Shown: piece after piece, positions 26,729 through 37,133 of the stretch
Numbering within the stretch: the first letter of the stretch is position 1
Layout of the letters: every line of letters begins with the position of its first letter
Source: Candidatus Cloacimonadales bacterium
GTDB lineage: Bacteria > Cloacimonadota > Cloacimonadia > Cloacimonadales > JAIOQZ01
DNA: 64,000 nt
Direction of reading: 5' to 3'
Assembly (NCBI GenBank): GCA_963662655.2
Contig: CAXXTU010000002.1
Location: forward strand, 2,528,001-2,592,000
The notes under the pieces: model-generated
What the model saw: only the letters and a program-made list of their open reading frames with translations
What the model was told of the DNA's origin: nothing
The model's database searches: none
Made by a program: the position numbers and the translations under genes

Positions 26729-29425
26729 ATGAAACAGACGTATCGAATTCTCATTGCCGACGACGAAATGCACGTCCTTGCCACGTTCAGCAAGGTACTG
26801 AAGCAGAGAATAAAAAATGCCGACAAGATCAATGAGCTGAAAGAACTGGAAAAGAGTCTCTTTGATCATGAAGAAGACCCACTGCTGAAATTCGATTATG
26901 ATCTGACCCTGTGCGAGCAAGGCAACCAGGCTGTCGACGCTGTGAAAAAAGCGATCGAGGAGGACGATCCATTCTCGATCGTATTCCTGGATGTCCGCAT
27001 GCCACCCGGAATCGACGGCATCGAAGCTGCCGAACAAATCCGGGCGATCGATCAGGATATCGAAATCGTTATCGTCACGGCTTTTGCTGACACGAACGTT
27101 GACGATGTATGCAGGAGAATCCCACCACTCGACAAACTTCTCTTCATCCTCAAGCCTTTCCATCCGATCGAAGTTGTGCAATTCACGGCAGCGCTGGTTA
27201 CCAAATGGGAAAACGAGCGCAACCTGAGAATCCTCCACGGGCAAATGGAAGAAGAGCTGAAATTCCGCGAAGACAACATCATGATCCTGTACGAGAAGCT
27301 TCAGAATGACATTCAACGCCGCAAGCGATACGAGAAACAACTCGAGCGACACGCGATTGTCTTCGAGACCATGGATGAGGCAGTCCTGATCTCCGACACC
27401 GAAGGTAAACTGATTGACGCGAACGAGTCGTTCGAAAAAATATATGGATACACCAAGCAGGATTTCCTTGGGAAGCGGCTGGACATCATGCATCCGGACG
27501 GCACCAGCATCGTCGACACGATTTTGAGAAACCTGAAGAATGAAGGTTCCTGGGTCGGGGAGCTTCCGATCGTCCGCAAGAACGGTCGCAAAGGCTGGGT
27601 AAGAGTCAACGTAAAAGAATATTACGATGAGCATCAAAAACTCATCGGGTACCTCAGCGTGAATCGGGACATCACGGAAAACAAGCGTGCCTTCGATATT
27701 ATGAAGCAGCAGAAGAACCTGATGGAAGATGTCTTCACCCGCATCCACGAGGGTATTGGATTCGTGAACGAGAAGGAGGACTTCATTTTCGTGAATCCGT
27801 CCTTTGCCCGAATCTTCGAGACGTCGGTCGAGAGCCTGATCGGAAACAACCTCTCAGAATACCTAGAAGATATCGATCAATCGATGATCGACGAACAAAC
27901 GAGCCAGCGCAAGCGAAACCTGATAAGCACCTACGAACTCAACATCAAGACGAAAAAGGGCAATAAAAGAACAATTCAGGTAAGCGCATACCCGCGTAAG
28001 GACGTCAACGGAGCTTATCTTGGAGCGTTCGGCGTTATACAAGATATCACGGAACAAAAGCGCTTGAAGGAACAATTTCTGCAATCGCAGAAGATGGAAG
28101 CGATGGGCAGGCTCGCTGGCGGTATCGCGCACGATTTCAACAACCTCCTCACCATTATCAGAGGAAGCAGCGAACTGCTCCGCACTCGCATTCCGGAAGA
28201 CCTCGAACACGACTTCCTCGAAGAGATCGTAAAGGCCTCCGACCAGGCCAAGCTCCTCGTCGATCAGCTGCTTTTGTTCAGCCGCAAACAGACGACTCAG
28301 ACAGAGATTATACAGGTCAATAACATCATCGAGGAGACACACTCGCTGCTGAAACGAATACTGGGCGTGAACATCGCCTTCGAAGTGCATCTCGATCCGG
28401 AAATAGGTCTGGTCGAGGTCGATTCGGGGCAGATCAAGCAGATCATGATGAACCTGGCGGTCAATTCGCGCGATGCAATGCCGACAGGTGGCAAAATTAC
28501 ACTGACGACCCGCAATATCGAAATCGATGAGAAGTTGCAGGGCACGATCCAGGGATCGCGGCCCGGGAGTTTTGTCAGCGTCAGCTTCAAGGATACGGGC
28601 AAGGGAATTCCGGAGGACGTCATTCCACAGATTTTCGAGCCGTTCTTCACCACGAAGGAGGCGGGACATGGTACCGGCCTGGGGCTCTCGACAATCTTCG
28701 GTATCATACAGAAACACAACGGATGGATCAATGTTGAAAGCAAGGTGAATCAGGGAACCTGTTTCACGTTTTACATCCCCCGCATCGATAGCGATTTCGT
28801 GCACCAGGAACAGGAAAACCAGCTCATCGTCGAATTGAAGGGAAAAGGAGAAACAGTCCTCGTCGTGCAGGAGAATCACTCCGTGCGCGAATTCACCTCC
28901 AAAGCGCTGCAAGAAAACGGTTACAGAACCTATACCGAAAGCAACGCACTGGGAGCGAGAAACTGCTTCAACAAGAACAAAGCGGAGATCGATATTGTCG
29001 TATCGGACGTGAATCTCTCCGATTCGACCGGCATGTTCATCATCAATGAGATGATATCTCAGAAGCCAACCCTCAAGGCCGTGCTCACAAGCGGATTCGT
29101 GGGCGAGGACGAGAAGCTCGACCTCATTGAAAGCCTGCAAGTTCCACTCCTGCTGAAGCCGTACACCATTAAGGAAATGCTGGTCGCGCTCAAGCAGAGC
29201 CAGAAGTCCGACATCGACCTCGAAGACTATTGCGAGCTTTATGAGATATGCAACTTCATCAATCCGAAGAACCCTGAGCAACACCAGATTATCGACGGCT
29301 GGAAACGGATGTTCTGCAAAAACCTGGTGAAATCGGAACGCTGTAAGCGGAAGAAGTATTTCTTCGAAACCGGCAAGCAACCCGAGCCCAACATGACGCC
29401 CACGGGGAATTATCTGGAAGAGTGA
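26729..29425 (+). CDS. Hybrid histidine kinase REC-PAS-PAS-HisKA-HATPase-REC with a C-terminal Cys4 domain
   Basis: FLDVRMPPG, GIAHDFNN, NLAVNSRDA, DTGKG, FFTTK, GTGLGL. Confidence 0.92.
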   Translation: MKQTYRILIADDEMHVLATFSKVLKQRIKNADKINELKELEKSLFDHEEDPLLKFDYDLTLCEQGNQAVDAVKKAIEEDDPFSIVFLDVRMPPGIDGIEAAEQIRAIDQDIEIVIVTAFADTNVDDVCRRIPPLDKLLFILKPFHPIEVVQFTAALVTKWENERNLRILHGQMEEELKFREDNIMILYEKLQNDIQRRKRYEKQLERHAIVFETMDEAVLISDTEGKLIDANESFEKIYGYTKQDFLGKRLDIMHPDGTSIVDTILRNLKNEGSWVGELPIVRKNGRKGWVRVNVKEYYDEHQKLIGYLSVNRDITENKRAFDIMKQQKNLMEDVFTRIHEGIGFVNEKEDFIFVNPSFARIFETSVESLIGNNLSEYLEDIDQSMIDEQTSQRKRNLISTYELNIKTKKGNKRTIQVSAYPRKDVNGAYLGAFGVIQDITEQKRLKEQFLQSQKMEAMGRLAGGIAHDFNNLLTIIRGSSELLRTRIPEDLEHDFLEEIVKASDQAKLLVDQLLLFSRKQTTQTEIIQVNNIIEETHSLLKRILGVNIAFEVHLDPEIGLVEVDSGQIKQIMMNLAVNSRDAMPTGGKITLTTRNIEIDEKLQGTIQGSRPGSFVSVSFKDTGKGIPEDVIPQIFEPFFTTKEAGHGTGLGLSTIFGIIQKHNGWINVESKVNQGTCFTFYIPRIDSDFVHQEQENQLIVELKGKGETVLVVQENHSVREFTSKALQENGYRTYTESNALGARNCFNKNKAEIDIVVSDVNLSDSTGMFIINEMISQKPTLKAVLTSGFVGEDEKLDLIESLQVPLLLKPYTIKEMLVALKQSQKSDIDLEDYCELYEICNFINPKNPEQHQIIDGWKRMFCKNLVKSERCKRKKYFFETGKQPEPNMTPTGNYLEE

Positions 29426-29518
29426 GGAGGCGCGATCCCGCCAACCTCATGTCCGCCCATAAGATAAATATCTTGACGTGTTTTCGATGCTGGAAATCAT
29501 GACACGCAATAAGGAAAA

Positions 29519-29659
29519 AAGAAGCGTCTGCTTCTACCTTGCGGTTCGCTAGCACCCGCTGAAAAAGCGGGGAGATACTTGTAAGGTCTGATACTAACGA
29601 GATATATCGTCATAAATATATCCGAAGCAGGCGCATTGTGTGCGCCTGCTTCTTTTTTT
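29519..29659 (+). ncRNA. L20 leader-like ribosomal protein attenuator
   Basis: AGAAGC-gtct-GCTTCT, then an ACCTT...AAGGT helix, then terminator GAAGCAGGCGCA..TGCGCCTGCTTC-T7. An alternative antiterminator pairing is possible. Lies directly upstream of infC-rpmI-rplT. Confidence 0.7.
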
Positions 29660-29681
29660 AACCCAAACCTGGAGGTGTCCA

Positions 29682-30278
29682 ATAATACGAATTAGAAAAG
29701 GCAAGGCCAAAACCAAGGCCGTGATCCCAAAAGAGCGGGTCAATCGTCAGATTACCGCCCGAGAAGTACGTTTGATCGACAAAGACGGAGAACAGGTAGG
29801 CGTCGTGGATACCCGCGAGGCAATACGCCGTGCGGAAGAAGCCGGACTGGACCTGGTGGAAGTTTCTCCCAAGGCTGTGCCGCCCGTTTGTCGTATTCTC
29901 GAATTCAGCAAGTACTATTACCAGAAAGAACGTCGTGCCCGTGAGGCGAAGAAGAAACAACACACCGTTCAGATCAAAGAGATCAAGTTCGGGCCAAACA
30001 CCGAAGAACACGACTATAATTTCAAGAAGAAAAACACGGTCAAATTCCTCAAGGGACATGACAAAGTCAAGCTGACCGTTCGTTTCCGCGGCAGACAGCT
30101 CGCCCACAAAGAACTGGGCTACGATCTGCTGAACAAACTCAAAGAAGAATTGAAGGAAATTGTCGACGTTGATCGTGATATCAACAGCGAAGGACGTACC
30201 ATTTTTATGATCGTCTCGCCGAAAAAAGAGATCGACTCCCTCGTGGAAGCCTGGGAAGAAGAACACATCGAAGATTAA
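29682..30278 (+). CDS. infC: Translation initiation factor IF-3 (non-canonical ATA start inferred)
   Basis: N..I..REVRLID..G, LDLVEV, IKEIKF, RFRGR. GGAGG at 29671 is followed by in-frame ATA codons (29682, 29685). Confidence 0.93.
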   Translation: MIRIRKGKAKTKAVIPKERVNRQITAREVRLIDKDGEQVGVVDTREAIRRAEEAGLDLVEVSPKAVPPVCRILEFSKYYYQKERRAREAKKKQHTVQIKEIKFGPNTEEHDYNFKKKNTVKFLKGHDKVKLTVRFRGRQLAHKELGYDLLNKLKEELKEIVDVDRDINSEGRTIFMIVSPKKEIDSLVEAWEEEHIED

Positions 30279-30323
30279 TCATCGACAAGGATTTCGATAG
30301 ATATACTTGAAGAGGAGGATGAA

Positions 30324-30518
30324 ATGCCTAAGCTGAAAACAAGAAAAGGCGCATCGGAACGCTTTAAACTTACCGCATCCGGTAAGCTGAAAAGAAATCA
30401 CGCAAACCATGGTCACATCCTGACCAAGAAGACTCGGAAGCTGAAACGCAACCTGACCCAAACCGCGATTGTTGCCAAGGCGGATGTACCGAGAATAAAA
30501 AAGATGATGGGCGTATAG
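30324..30518 (+). CDS. rpmI: 50S ribosomal protein L35
   Basis: MPKLKTRKGASERFKLTASGK; synteny. Confidence 0.97.
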   Translation: MPKLKTRKGASERFKLTASGKLKRNHANHGHILTKKTRKLKRNLTQTAIVAKADVPRIKKMMGV

Positions 30519-30527
30519 GAGGATACC

Positions 30528-30893
30528 ATGCCGCGTTCAGTAAACAATGTAGCAGCGAAAAGAAGAAAGAAAAAAATACTGAAAGCCGCCAAAGGCTATT
30601 TCGGTGGACGTAGTAAACTGTATCGTACCGCTCGCCAGGCCGTGGAAAAAGGCTGGCAATACGCTTATCGCGATCGCAAAGCCAAAAAGAGAGACTTCCG
30701 TCGCCTGTGGATCATCCGCATCAACGCAGCCGCTCGCCTCAACGGTCTTTCCTACAGCAGATTCATCAACGGACTGCACAACGCCGAGATCAACATCGAT
30801 CGTAAAGCGCTGGCACACCTCGCGGTGCACGAGCCGGACGCATTTGCAAAGCTTTGCGAAGTTGTGAAAGCCCAACCACAGCCTGCAGAATAA
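30528..30893 (+). CDS. rplT: 50S ribosomal protein L20
   Basis: [25 protein letters not shown]. Confidence 0.97.
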   Translation: MPRSVNNVAAKRRKKKILKAAKGYFGGRSKLYRTARQAVEKGWQYAYRDRKAKKRDFRRLWIIRINAAARLNGLSYSRFINGLHNAEINIDRKALAHLAVHEPDAFAKLCEVVKAQPQPAE

Positions 30894-30947
30894 CCGAGAA
30901 ATTCGATAGACAAGAGTCTCAACAAGCCAAACACACAGGATTGGACC

Positions 30948-31967
30948 TTGAAAGATAAACTTGATGCGATTCTGCGCTTGGCGCAGGACGAGATCAAGGC
31001 TGTGCAGTCGCAGCACGATCTCAATATGCTCAAATCGAAATATCTGGGAAAGAAAAGTGAGCTTTCCGAGCTTCTGAAACAGCTTGGCACCCTTCCCAAG
31101 GAAGAAAGGCCGGCTTTCGGCCAGGTGATCAATCAGGCCAAGAAGCATGTAGAAACACTGCTGAAAGAGCAGGCGGAAGCGCTTCAGGATTTCCTTTATC
31201 AGAAATCCATCGAAGAAGCGAAAATCGATATAACCATGCCGGGGCGTCATCGTGGAAGAGGATCTCTGCATCCCATCACCATGGCGACCCGTCTGATCGA
31301 AGACGTTAGCATGTCGCTCGGTTTCGAAGTGGCCGAGGGATACGACATCGAAGACGAATACCACAACTTCGACGCCCTCAACACGCCGCAGGATCACCCC
31401 GCGAGAAACCTTTCGGATACATTCTACATCGAGGACGACGTTCTGCTCAGAACCCAGACCTCGACCGTGCAGATCCGGGTTATGCAAAGCCATAAACCGC
31501 CGATCCGTATCATCTCACCCGGGCGCACTTACCGCAACGACAACGACGCGTCACACTCGCCGGCGTTCAGCCAGGTGGAGATGCTCGTGGTCGATAAAGG
31601 CGTTACATTCGTCGATCTTCGCGACATGCTCAACATGTTCGTTCAGAGGATTTTCAGCGACAAGATCAGCTCCCGCTTCCGTCCCCACTTCTTCCCCTTC
31701 ACCGAACCCAGCGCCGAGATGGACATCGTCTGCGTGGCCTGCGAAGGCAAGGGATGCCCGCTCTGCAAAGGCACGGGCTGGCTGGAAATGGGCGGAGCCG
31801 GAATGGTCGATCCCAACGTCTTGAAAGAATGCGATATCGATCCCGAAATCTATTCGGGGTACGCCTTCGGACTGGGCATCGAGCGCATCGCCATGCTCAA
31901 GTACAAGATTCCGGATATGAGAATGCTGTTTGAGAACGACCTCCGTTTCCTCAGGCAGTTCCGTTAA
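30948..31967 (+). CDS. pheS: Phenylalanine-tRNA ligase alpha subunit
   Basis: NFDALN, LRTQTS, FPFTEPS, AFGLGIER; TTG start. Confidence 0.97.
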   Translation: MKDKLDAILRLAQDEIKAVQSQHDLNMLKSKYLGKKSELSELLKQLGTLPKEERPAFGQVINQAKKHVETLLKEQAEALQDFLYQKSIEEAKIDITMPGRHRGRGSLHPITMATRLIEDVSMSLGFEVAEGYDIEDEYHNFDALNTPQDHPARNLSDTFYIEDDVLLRTQTSTVQIRVMQSHKPPIRIISPGRTYRNDNDASHSPAFSQVEMLVVDKGVTFVDLRDMLNMFVQRIFSDKISSRFRPHFFPFTEPSAEMDIVCVACEGKGCPLCKGTGWLEMGGAGMVDPNVLKECDIDPEIYSGYAFGLGIERIAMLKYKIPDMRMLFENDLRFLRQFR

Positions 31968-32011
31968 TTGTTTTATTCATTCAAACAAACTCTCCAGCGG
32001 ATGGAAAACCT

Positions 32012-34633
32012 ATGAAAATCAGTTACAACTGGTTGAAGCAATATATCGATCTGGAGCTGAGTCCCGAAGAGCTTCAGGAGAAGATGACCTTCGCGGGTAT
32101 CGAAGTGGAGGACGTCCAGTATCTCGGAGATGAGCTCAAGGACGTTGTCGTCGCGAAAATCGTAACCAGGGAAAAGCATCCCGATGCCGACAAGCTGTCC
32201 CTCTGCACCGTTGATGACGGAACCACCGTTCATCAGGTTATCTGCGGCGCGCCCAACACACGCGCCGGGCAAATCGTGGCGTTTGCTCCCATCGGAACGC
32301 AGATCGGTGAAATCACGCTCAAGAAGGCGAAAATCCGCGGCGTAGAATCGTTCGGAATGATATGCTCCGAACGCGAGATGGGACTTTCGGACAATCACGA
32401 CGGCATCCTGGAACTTCCGCAGGACGCTCCCGTCGGGGCGAGTCTGCCGGAATACCTCAATCTGCGCGATATCGTCTACGATGTCGAGATTACGCCCAAT
32501 CGCTCAGACCTTCTGGGCATGATCGGCGTCGCCCGAGATCTGGCCGCCGTTCTCGACCTTCCCATGCGGCTGCCGGAGATGCCGCTCAGTGCGTCGAAGG
32601 TTTTCCACAACGATTACATACCCAAGTACGATCTGCGCACCGTAACGCGCGAAGAGCTCCTGACGATCCCCGAGATCGGGCCCAAACGCGCCGACTACAT
32701 CATCGAGTATCGTGAGAAACACGGATTCGACACCCTGAAAAGCCTTCTCAAGGCGGATAAGATCGGCGATCACATCCTCGAGCGACTGATGCTCGAATTC
32801 AAGCCGTTCGGTTCGGTTCAGGAAGTGTGGCAAAGCATCAACGAGGTGCTTTCTCTGGAGAACAAAGCTCCGAAGAAGTGCCCGAGATACACCGCCCGTT
32901 TCATTAAAGGCGTCACGGTCAAGGATTCACCCGAGTGGCTCAAGAAGCATCTGATCTCTGTCGGGCTCCGTCCCATCAACAACATCGTAGACGTTACCAA
33001 CTACGTCATGATGGAATTCGGCCATCCGCTCCACGCTTTTGATTACAAACAGATTGAAGGACACAAAATAATCGTCCGCACCGCTAAAGTCGGTGAACCC
33101 TTCCAGGCACTGGACGAAGAGAAGCACGTGCTGACTTCGGACGATCTGGTCATTTGCGATGGAAAGAAACCTATCGCGCTGGCGGGTGTGATCGGCGGGA
33201 TGAACTCCCAGATCGACGACACCACCACGGATATCGTCATCGAAGCGGCGAACTTCCTCTACTCGTCCGTCCGCAAGACGTCGAACCGCCTCAAGATCAA
33301 CACCGATTCTTCCTACCGCTTCGAGCGAGACATCTCCGACGAAAACGCGATTCTCGCCAGCGACCGCGCTGTCCAGCTCATCCTGCAAACAGCTGGCGGA
33401 ACGTTGTACGACGGCGTGCTCGATTCCTATCCGAATCCGATAAAACCGATTGTCGTGAGTCTGCGGCCAGAACGCACGCGTCAATTCCTGGATGTCGAAA
33501 TTCCCGACAACAAGATGATCGATATCCTCGAATCGCTCAACATTTTATTAGTTGGAGAAGAAGGTGAAACCCTCTTCTTCCGCGTCCCGCATTATCGCAA
33601 AGATATTACTCGTGAAGCCGACCTGATCGAAGAAATCATCCGCATCTGGGGTTACAACAACGTTGGAACCCGCACGCATCTTCAGCATATTCAGAACCGC
33701 GACATGTTCTACATGCGTCGCAACATCCAGGATTATCTGGTTGATCGCGGATTCTTCGAGGTGATCAACTGGCCTTTCGCCGATCCCGAAGACCTCGACA
33801 AACTCCAGATTGCCGCGGATGACAAACGACGCGAAAACACCGTGATCATGAACCCGATCGGCGTCCGTTTCTCGCTGATGCAATCGACCATGCTGCCGAG
33901 TTTGCTACGCAACGCCCAGCACAACCTCAACCACGGTCAGCACGACTTCAAGCTGTTCGAGATGAACAAGCTGTTCTTCCGCAAGAACGAGAAGCTCGCT
34001 CGCGAAGAAACCTGGGTTACAGGCGTCATGACCGGCTCGCGCGAACCGATGTACTGGAACGGCAAGCAGGAAACGCTCGATTTCTTCGACATCAAAGGCG
34101 AAATGGAGGAACTCTTCATCGCGGCCGGACTCGACGTCCCCGCCGTTCAGGAATCGGATCAACCCTACCACATGAAGGGGCAAGCCGCTTCCTTGATGAT
34201 CGATAAGGAAGCCGTTGGATCCTTTGGACGCCTCGATCCGAAAATCGCCCGGATTTACGACATCGAAGCCGAGATATACGTTTTCGAAATCTGTATCGAT
34301 TCGCTCCTGAAGCACTGGAATGAACACCGCATTCAGTTCTGCGACGTCTCCCGTTTCCCGGGTGTCCAGAGGGACCTCTCCATCCTCGTTCGGCGCGATT
34401 TTTCCGTCGAGGAGATCAGCCGCGAAATCCTTCAGGCGAACCCGGAAATCATCCGCAATGTAAGCCTGTTCGATGTGTTTACGGGAAAGCAGGTTAAGGA
34501 TGGTTATCGAAGCCTCACCTTTAAGCTGTATCTGCAATCTTCCACAAAAACCTTGACGGACAATGCGATAAACAAAATATTCTCAAGGATTGTCTCCAGA
34601 CTGGAGCAGAAATTCAATATTGAGATGAGGTAA
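32012..34633 (+). CDS. pheT: Phenylalanine-tRNA ligase beta subunit with an inserted ComEA-like HhH domain
   Basis: MKISYNWL, HPDADKL, GMICS..E, TPNRSD, NNIVDVTNY, RFER, FDX-ACB C-terminus; an extra ~70 aa after TPNRSD. Confidence 0.96.
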   Translation: MKISYNWLKQYIDLELSPEELQEKMTFAGIEVEDVQYLGDELKDVVVAKIVTREKHPDADKLSLCTVDDGTTVHQVICGAPNTRAGQIVAFAPIGTQIGEITLKKAKIRGVESFGMICSEREMGLSDNHDGILELPQDAPVGASLPEYLNLRDIVYDVEITPNRSDLLGMIGVARDLAAVLDLPMRLPEMPLSASKVFHNDYIPKYDLRTVTREELLTIPEIGPKRADYIIEYREKHGFDTLKSLLKADKIGDHILERLMLEFKPFGSVQEVWQSINEVLSLENKAPKKCPRYTARFIKGVTVKDSPEWLKKHLISVGLRPINNIVDVTNYVMMEFGHPLHAFDYKQIEGHKIIVRTAKVGEPFQALDEEKHVLTSDDLVICDGKKPIALAGVIGGMNSQIDDTTTDIVIEAANFLYSSVRKTSNRLKINTDSSYRFERDISDENAILASDRAVQLILQTAGGTLYDGVLDSYPNPIKPIVVSLRPERTRQFLDVEIPDNKMIDILESLNILLVGEEGETLFFRVPHYRKDITREADLIEEIIRIWGYNNVGTRTHLQHIQNRDMFYMRRNIQDYLVDRGFFEVINWPFADPEDLDKLQIAADDKRRENTVIMNPIGVRFSLMQSTMLPSLLRNAQHNLNHGQHDFKLFEMNKLFFRKNEKLAREETWVTGVMTGSREPMYWNGKQETLDFFDIKGEMEELFIAAGLDVPAVQESDQPYHMKGQAASLMIDKEAVGSFGRLDPKIARIYDIEAEIYVFEICIDSLLKHWNEHRIQFCDVSRFPGVQRDLSILVRRDFSVEEISREILQANPEIIRNVSLFDVFTGKQVKDGYRSLTFKLYLQSSTKTLTDNAINKIFSRIVSRLEQKFNIEMR

Positions 34634-34636
34634 ACA

Positions 34637-34957
34637 ATGACGCAGCCGATCAATCAGCTTGAAGGAAAAATTCAGACATTAATCAATAAATATCAGGAAC
34701 TCAAAGAGATAAACACCAGAGCCATGGACCATAACCATGAGCTCGAAACAACACTGGCTGATCGCAATCAGGTGATTCAGGGCCTGGAAAACCAGCTCCG
34801 CGAACTCACCCAGATTTGCACGAGTCGCGAAGAGAAGATCACCCGCCTCCAGGAAGAAAACGATGCCATGAGCGAGAAGATCGAGCAGTTTGAAGCAACC
34901 ACGAAAGACGCGACGGGAAGACTGGACAGCATCCTCAGCCAAATCGAAGAATTATAG
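34637..34957 (+). CDS. Coiled-coil protein, ZapB-like
   Basis: All coiled-coil sequence; pheT-zapB-zapA synteny. Confidence 0.65.
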   Translation: MTQPINQLEGKIQTLINKYQELKEINTRAMDHNHELETTLADRNQVIQGLENQLRELTQICTSREEKITRLQEENDAMSEKIEQFEATTKDATGRLDSILSQIEEL

Positions 34958-34960
34958 TGT

Positions 34961-35227
34961 ATGAAAACAATCGAGGTTGAGCTATTCGGAAGAAAGCTGC
35001 GAATTCGGGGAGACGACCCGGCGAAGATACACAAGTACGCCGACTACCTGAATGCGGAGCTGAACGAGCTCAAATCCAAGATTGAATTCACCGACCATAC
35101 GAATTTAATCTTGTTCGGCGCTCTGATCATCACCGAGAAGTATTTTCTGGAACGTGACATGAACAACGCCCTGGCGGATGAGATGAATCGCCTGAACGAT
35201 ATGATCAAGGCTTTTGTAACCGAATAG
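34961..35227 (+). CDS. zapA: Cell division protein ZapA
   Basis: IEVELFGRKLRI...ADYLN...GAL.I; synteny with 6S RNA and rny. Confidence 0.8.
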   Translation: MKTIEVELFGRKLRIRGDDPAKIHKYADYLNAELNELKSKIEFTDHTNLILFGALIITEKYFLERDMNNALADEMNRLNDMIKAFVTE

Positions 35228-35246
35228 CCTCAGATTACGTTTTTTT

Positions 35247-35415
35247 GCCTGCGGTATTCGTGATGGGGTCTTGCAAATGAACCTAAGAACGTAGAGGGAA
35301 TCGAGCCTCGTGCGGCGCGCAAGCCGGACATGATCCGGATTCGTCAAGTGCGTAAGGTAGATACCCACCTTGTGTGGGGGTTCTGCGAGCAATATTTCAC
35401 ACGGTATCGCGGGTT
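35247..35415 (+). ncRNA. ssrS: 6S RNA
   Basis: Lies between zapA and rny. Closing stem CCTGCGGTATTCGTG/CACGGTATCGCGGG; GAACC..GGTTC, GGGA and CCCACCT motifs around a central bubble. Ends are approximate. Confidence 0.8.
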
Positions 35416-35563
35416 TGCATTTTCCAGGCAATGTAAATCCTTTTGTCGATTATCGAGACATGCCTGAGCCGTTTTGGGAAATTTCTCCACATTGTCGACC
35501 TTTCGGGATACTGCGGGATTCCGGGCTGGCCTTGTGTAAATAAATCAAAGTGAGGTAATTGTA

Positions 35564-37132
35564 ATGACTCTAATAAATCTCGGCGCTTTTGCCGTCGGCC
35601 TTGTTCTCGCAATTTTCGCTGTTATTCTCATCTACATCATCAAACGCAATAAAATCCGCCACGAACTGATCGATTCACGCACTGAAGCAGACAAGATGAT
35701 CGTCGAAGCGAGAAAAGAGGCCGAGACCATCAAGAAAACGACCATCCTTGAAGCCAAGGACGAATGGTACAAAATCAAGAAGAAGGAAGAGGAAGCCATC
35801 GACGAGCGCCAGCGCGAGCTGCGCGGAATGGAAAAACGCTACAACGAAAGGCTTTCGAACCTCGATAAACGTCTTGACGCTCTCGATAAAAAAGAGCACA
35901 ATCTTGAAAAACTCGACCGCAACATCAAAGAGCAGGAAGAAAAACTGCAAGCCCGTTCCAAAGAAGTAGAACGAACGATCGAAAAGCAGGAAGAAAAGCT
36001 GATGGAGATCGCTCAGCTCACGAAAGAACAGGCTATCGAACGGTTGGAAAGCGGTTTGATCGCCAAGGCTCGCAATCATGCAGCCGCCCAGGTAAAGCAG
36101 ATTCTCGAAGAAGCGCAGCTCAAGGCTTCACGCGAAGCCGCCGGATTCATCGCCACCGCGATTCAGCGTATCGCCGTCGATTACGTATCCGAATCGACCG
36201 TGGCCGTCGTCTCGCTTCCCGGCGACGAGATGAAGGGACGCATCATCGGTCGCGAAGGCCGTAACATCCGCGCGTTCGAGAAAGCTTCGGGCGTCGATGT
36301 GATCATCGACGATACGCCGGAAGCCGTCGTGCTCTCCTGCTTCGATCCGGTTCGCCGCGAAGTGTCCCGCATCGCGCTCGAGAAGCTGATTCTCGACGGC
36401 AGAATCCATCCCGGCCGCATCGAGGAAGTCCTCGAGCGCACCCGCAAGGAGATGGACGAGAACATCATCAAGATCGGTGAGCAGGCCTGCATCGAGGTCA
36501 ACGTCCACAATATTTCACCCAATATCATCAAGCTGCTCGGTCGTATGCAATACCGCACCAGCTACGGGCAAAACGTGCTTCAGCACAGCATCGAAGCTGC
36601 GTGGGTCGCCGGAATGCTGGCTGCGGAACTTGGTCTCGATCAGGAACTCGCGCGCCGCGCCGGATTCCTGCACGACATCGGCAAGGCCGTCGACCACGAA
36701 GTGGAAGGCTCACATGCCTCCATCGGTGCAACCATCGCCCGTAAGAACGGCGAGAGCAAGCTGATCATCAACGCGATCGAAGCGCACCACGAAGAAGTGG
36801 AGCCCACCAGCATCTACGCAGCGCTCGTACAGGCTGCGGACGCCATCTCTGGCGCACGCCCGGGAGCGAGGCGCGAAATGCTCGAATCCTACATGCAGCG
36901 GCTCGACAAGCTGGAAGAAATCGCCGGCACGGTCGAGGGCGTGAACAAGTCGTTCGCCATCCAGGCCGGACGCGAGCTTCGCATCATTGTCGACCCGGTT
37001 TCTATCGACGACGGCAAGACGCTCTATATCGCCGCCGATATCGCGGAGAAGATCGAGAAAGAAATGCAGTATCCCGGCCAGATAAAGGTCGTTGTGATAC
37101 GCGAAACACGCCAGACAGCAATAGCGAAGTAA
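35564..37132 (+). CDS. rny: Ribonuclease Y
   Basis: TM anchor, coiled coil, KH motif [16 protein letters not shown] motif LHDIGK. Confidence 0.97.
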   Translation: MTLINLGAFAVGLVLAIFAVILIYIIKRNKIRHELIDSRTEADKMIVEARKEAETIKKTTILEAKDEWYKIKKKEEEAIDERQRELRGMEKRYNERLSNLDKRLDALDKKEHNLEKLDRNIKEQEEKLQARSKEVERTIEKQEEKLMEIAQLTKEQAIERLESGLIAKARNHAAAQVKQILEEAQLKASREAAGFIATAIQRIAVDYVSESTVAVVSLPGDEMKGRIIGREGRNIRAFEKASGVDVIIDDTPEAVVLSCFDPVRREVSRIALEKLILDGRIHPGRIEEVLERTRKEMDENIIKIGEQACIEVNVHNISPNIIKLLGRMQYRTSYGQNVLQHSIEAAWVAGMLAAELGLDQELARRAGFLHDIGKAVDHEVEGSHASIGATIARKNGESKLIINAIEAHHEEVEPTSIYAALVQAADAISGARPGARREMLESYMQRLDKLEEIAGTVEGVNKSFAIQAGRELRIIVDPVSIDDGKTLYIAADIAEKIEKEMQYPGQIKVVVIRETRQTAIAK

Positions 37133-37133
37133 T

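Noticed and set aside
27863..29380. Long antisense ORFs (505 aa here; others opposite pheS, the NtrC-type gene and potA)
   Set aside because: These are shadow frames of well-supported genes, expected from codon bias.
31720..31790. CxxC-x3-CxxC motif in PheS
   Set aside because: This is a common zinc-binding insertion in many bacterial PheS proteins.
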